Below are positions 62,282-64,000 of a stretch of 64,000 nucleotides of DNA, in pieces. Within the stretch, counting starts at the first letter, position 1; each line of letters opens with the position of its first letter. Source of the DNA: Polyangiaceae bacterium (GTDB taxonomy: Bacteria; Myxococcota_A; Polyangia; Polyangiales; Polyangiaceae); NCBI GenBank assembly GCA_033763455.1, contig JANRKO010000035.1:17905-81904 (forward strand), given 5' to 3'. A model generated the notes under the pieces. The model did no database searches and had not been told where the DNA came from. It saw only the letters and a list, made by a program, of their open reading frames with translations. Position numbers and translations under genes: made by a program.

Positions 62282-63031
62282 ATGAAAAACCTCTTCCGTA
62301 ACAGCTTGATAGTTTCTGCATTTCTTGGCGCCACCGCCATTTCCACGCTCGCATCAGCGCAGACGCCAGCGCCCGCTCCTGCACCAGGAGCAAGCGATCA
62401 CGACAGCGTAGTAGGCCACCTGGGCGTCGGTTACCTGGGGCGGCGCGGTATGCTCATTGGAACTCTCGGGAATGAAGTGCAAGCACCGGTTATCGGGGTC
62501 CGCTACTGGATGGACAGTCAGATGGGTATCGACGCTGGCTTGGGCTTTTCTTCGACTTCGGGCAGCACGGAGGTATCCGGGGGTGGAGTGAGTGTTAAGG
62601 CGGACTCGCCCAGCAACACCGCTTTCATCCTGCACGGTGGCGTTCCGATCGTGCTCTCCAATGGCAAACACTACAGCTTTCAGATCACTCCCGAGCTCAA
62701 CCTAGGCATTGGGTCTGGCTCCAGCGAGCAGGTACAAGGGGGCGTCGCCTTAAAGACCGACACCAGCGGCTTTCACCTTGACCTCGGAGCTCGAGCCGGC
62801 GGTGAGGTTCATTTCGGCTTCATGGGGTTACCAGAGGTATCGCTCCTCGCGAATGTTGGCCTCGCCTTGGCGCACGATAGCGTTTCCACCGAGGGCCCAC
62901 AGGGAGTAATGAATGGGGTGCCTGGCCCAACTGTCAAAAACAGCGCTTCCCAACTCGGAATTGGCACCACTGTAGGTAACAGCCCGTGGAGCATATTCAC
63001 GAGTTCAGTTGCGGCACTCTATTACTTCTGA
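62282..63031 (+). CDS. Outer-membrane beta-barrel protein
   Basis: Signal peptide ending ASA, alternating beta strands, C-terminal YYF. SD AAGGA. Confidence 0.82.
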   Translation: MKNLFRNSLIVSAFLGATAISTLASAQTPAPAPAPGASDHDSVVGHLGVGYLGRRGMLIGTLGNEVQAPVIGVRYWMDSQMGIDAGLGFSSTSGSTEVSGGGVSVKADSPSNTAFILHGGVPIVLSNGKHYSFQITPELNLGIGSGSSEQVQGGVALKTDTSGFHLDLGARAGGEVHFGFMGLPEVSLLANVGLALAHDSVSTEGPQGVMNGVPGPTVKNSASQLGIGTTVGNSPWSIFTSSVAALYYF

Positions 63032-63048
63032 CAAATTGAACCCCTCCC

Positions 63049-63076
63049 GGAAGCTGCTCTTTGCGGAGCAGCTTCC
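63049..63076 (+). terminator. Stem-loop after the OMP gene
   Basis: GGAAGCTGCTC-N6-GAGCAGCTTCC, a perfect 11-bp stem. Confidence 0.65.
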
Positions 63077-63103
63077 CCGCGGCTTTTGAATGGAGAAGCT
63101 TCT

Positions 63104-63664
63104 ATGCGATCACTTTTGTTTTTAAGCCTGGTTTGCTGGGGCACGGCTTCATGCAGTGGAGGTCCCGGGCTGGAGGTCTACAATGGGTCAGACCAGACAA
63201 CCCCACCCACCGATCCTCAACAATCTCCGGTTAACGCCACTCAGCAAGCCGCGTTAGACCCGCAAACAAGGCCGCCTTTGGATGCGCAGAGTGTTGCGCC
63301 AGTCGGCGACGCTCTAGGTTCCACGGCGAAAGGCGGGATCCCCCGGCTCTGTAATGACTGGTGTCAGAAGAGTCTGATGTGCGAATCTAAAGCGGAGCCG
63401 GACTGCTTCACGGAGTGCGTGGCTGAGCTGGTAAATCCGAATGCCTGCACGGCATCATTGACGGCATTGGTATCGTGTCTGCTGGCCAGTCCAGATTTCA
63501 ATTGCAGTTTGAAGGAGAAGGACGTCCCTGCCGCCTGCAGCACTCAGTTAGCAACCTACCTTGCGTGCAGCCTTACTCTCGACAACCCGGGGCCACTAGA
63601 GATGCCCGGGCAGGGAAATGGCGGCGGAATGCAGGGCATGGCCGGTGCGAGCGGCAGGTTGTAA
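63104..63664 (+). CDS. Cys-rich lipoprotein
   Basis: Lipobox TASC. C-x3-C-x5-C and C-x3-C spaced cysteines. SD GGAG. Confidence 0.75.
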   Translation: MRSLLFLSLVCWGTASCSGGPGLEVYNGSDQTTPPTDPQQSPVNATQQAALDPQTRPPLDAQSVAPVGDALGSTAKGGIPRLCNDWCQKSLMCESKAEPDCFTECVAELVNPNACTASLTALVSCLLASPDFNCSLKEKDVPAACSTQLATYLACSLTLDNPGPLEMPGQGNGGGMQGMAGASGRL

Positions 63665-63746
63665 ACGCCGAGCCGCTTGCGATTGGGTGCACGGGCTATT
63701 AGCGCTTTCTGAAGCGCCTCCACTTCTCCGGGCACCCACCCACTCA

Positions 63747-63782
63747 AATGGGGCGCGCTGGTCGCGCCCCATTCTTTCTTTT
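63747..63782 (+). terminator. Rho-independent terminator
   Basis: AATGGGGCGCG-N5-CGCGCCCCATT followed by CTTTCTTTT. Confidence 0.8.
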
Positions 63783-63874
63783 GATAGACACGGTTGGAGG
63801 GCCCTCGAGCGGGCAGTGGCAGGTTCACGCGTAAGGGCGGGGGTTTCGCGAGCGCTGGGGATACTTGTCATGCG

Positions 63875-64000
63875 CTCATGGTTGATCACTGTGTAGCTGT
63901 AATTTGGCGGCGGTCCAGCCTTCGGTCAGGGTGCTTAGTTTTTCAAAGCCTCGGGCGAGCGTGAGCCAACCCGGGTTCGGCTTGTACCTGATGTGACCGC
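63875..64000 (-). mobile_element. End of an IS4-family (IS50/Tn5-like) element: transposase C-terminus and terminal repeat
   Basis: Minus strand reads GHIRYKPNPGWLTLARGFEKLSTLTEGW..., matching the Tn5-type dimerisation motif GG...PGW.TL.RG..L. Stop at 63876 lies within the putative terminal repeat CTCATGGTTGATCAC. Confidence 0.82.

Overview
This is a GC-rich bacterial chromosome window, most likely from a myxobacterium of the Polyangiaceae/Sorangium type (inferred from gene content: REC-DUF4388 regulator, Uma2-type nuclease, Cys-rich and vWA lipoproteins). It is mostly core genome: partial rpoZ, aspS, pyrK/pyrD, cysS, mlaE, folE-like, acyl-CoA carboxyltransferase, KamA-family radical SAM, pyrH, ccmF, dnaN-recF-gyrB, clpB, pbpC with alpha-2-macroglobulin, cinA, ligA and tlyA. 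Several features are missing from the ORF track: the SRP (4.5S) RNA gene, a probable oriC with DnaA boxes and DnaA-trios upstream of dnaN but no adjacent dnaA, three intergenic tandem-repeat arrays (two duplicate gene 3' ends), and the end of an IS4-family element at the right edge. A truncated HEPN toxin remnant also lies upstream of pyrH. The best candidates for novelty are a highly structured intergenic element at 54.3-54.6 kb with a perfect 10-bp long-range pseudoknot, an in-frame RimI-PyrK fusion, a divergent FolE operon under a Cys-rich MerR regulator, and a recurrent intergenic motif TTGTCATGCTAAGTAC. No CRISPR array, tRNA or rRNA was found. All calls are by eye; no database searches were run.
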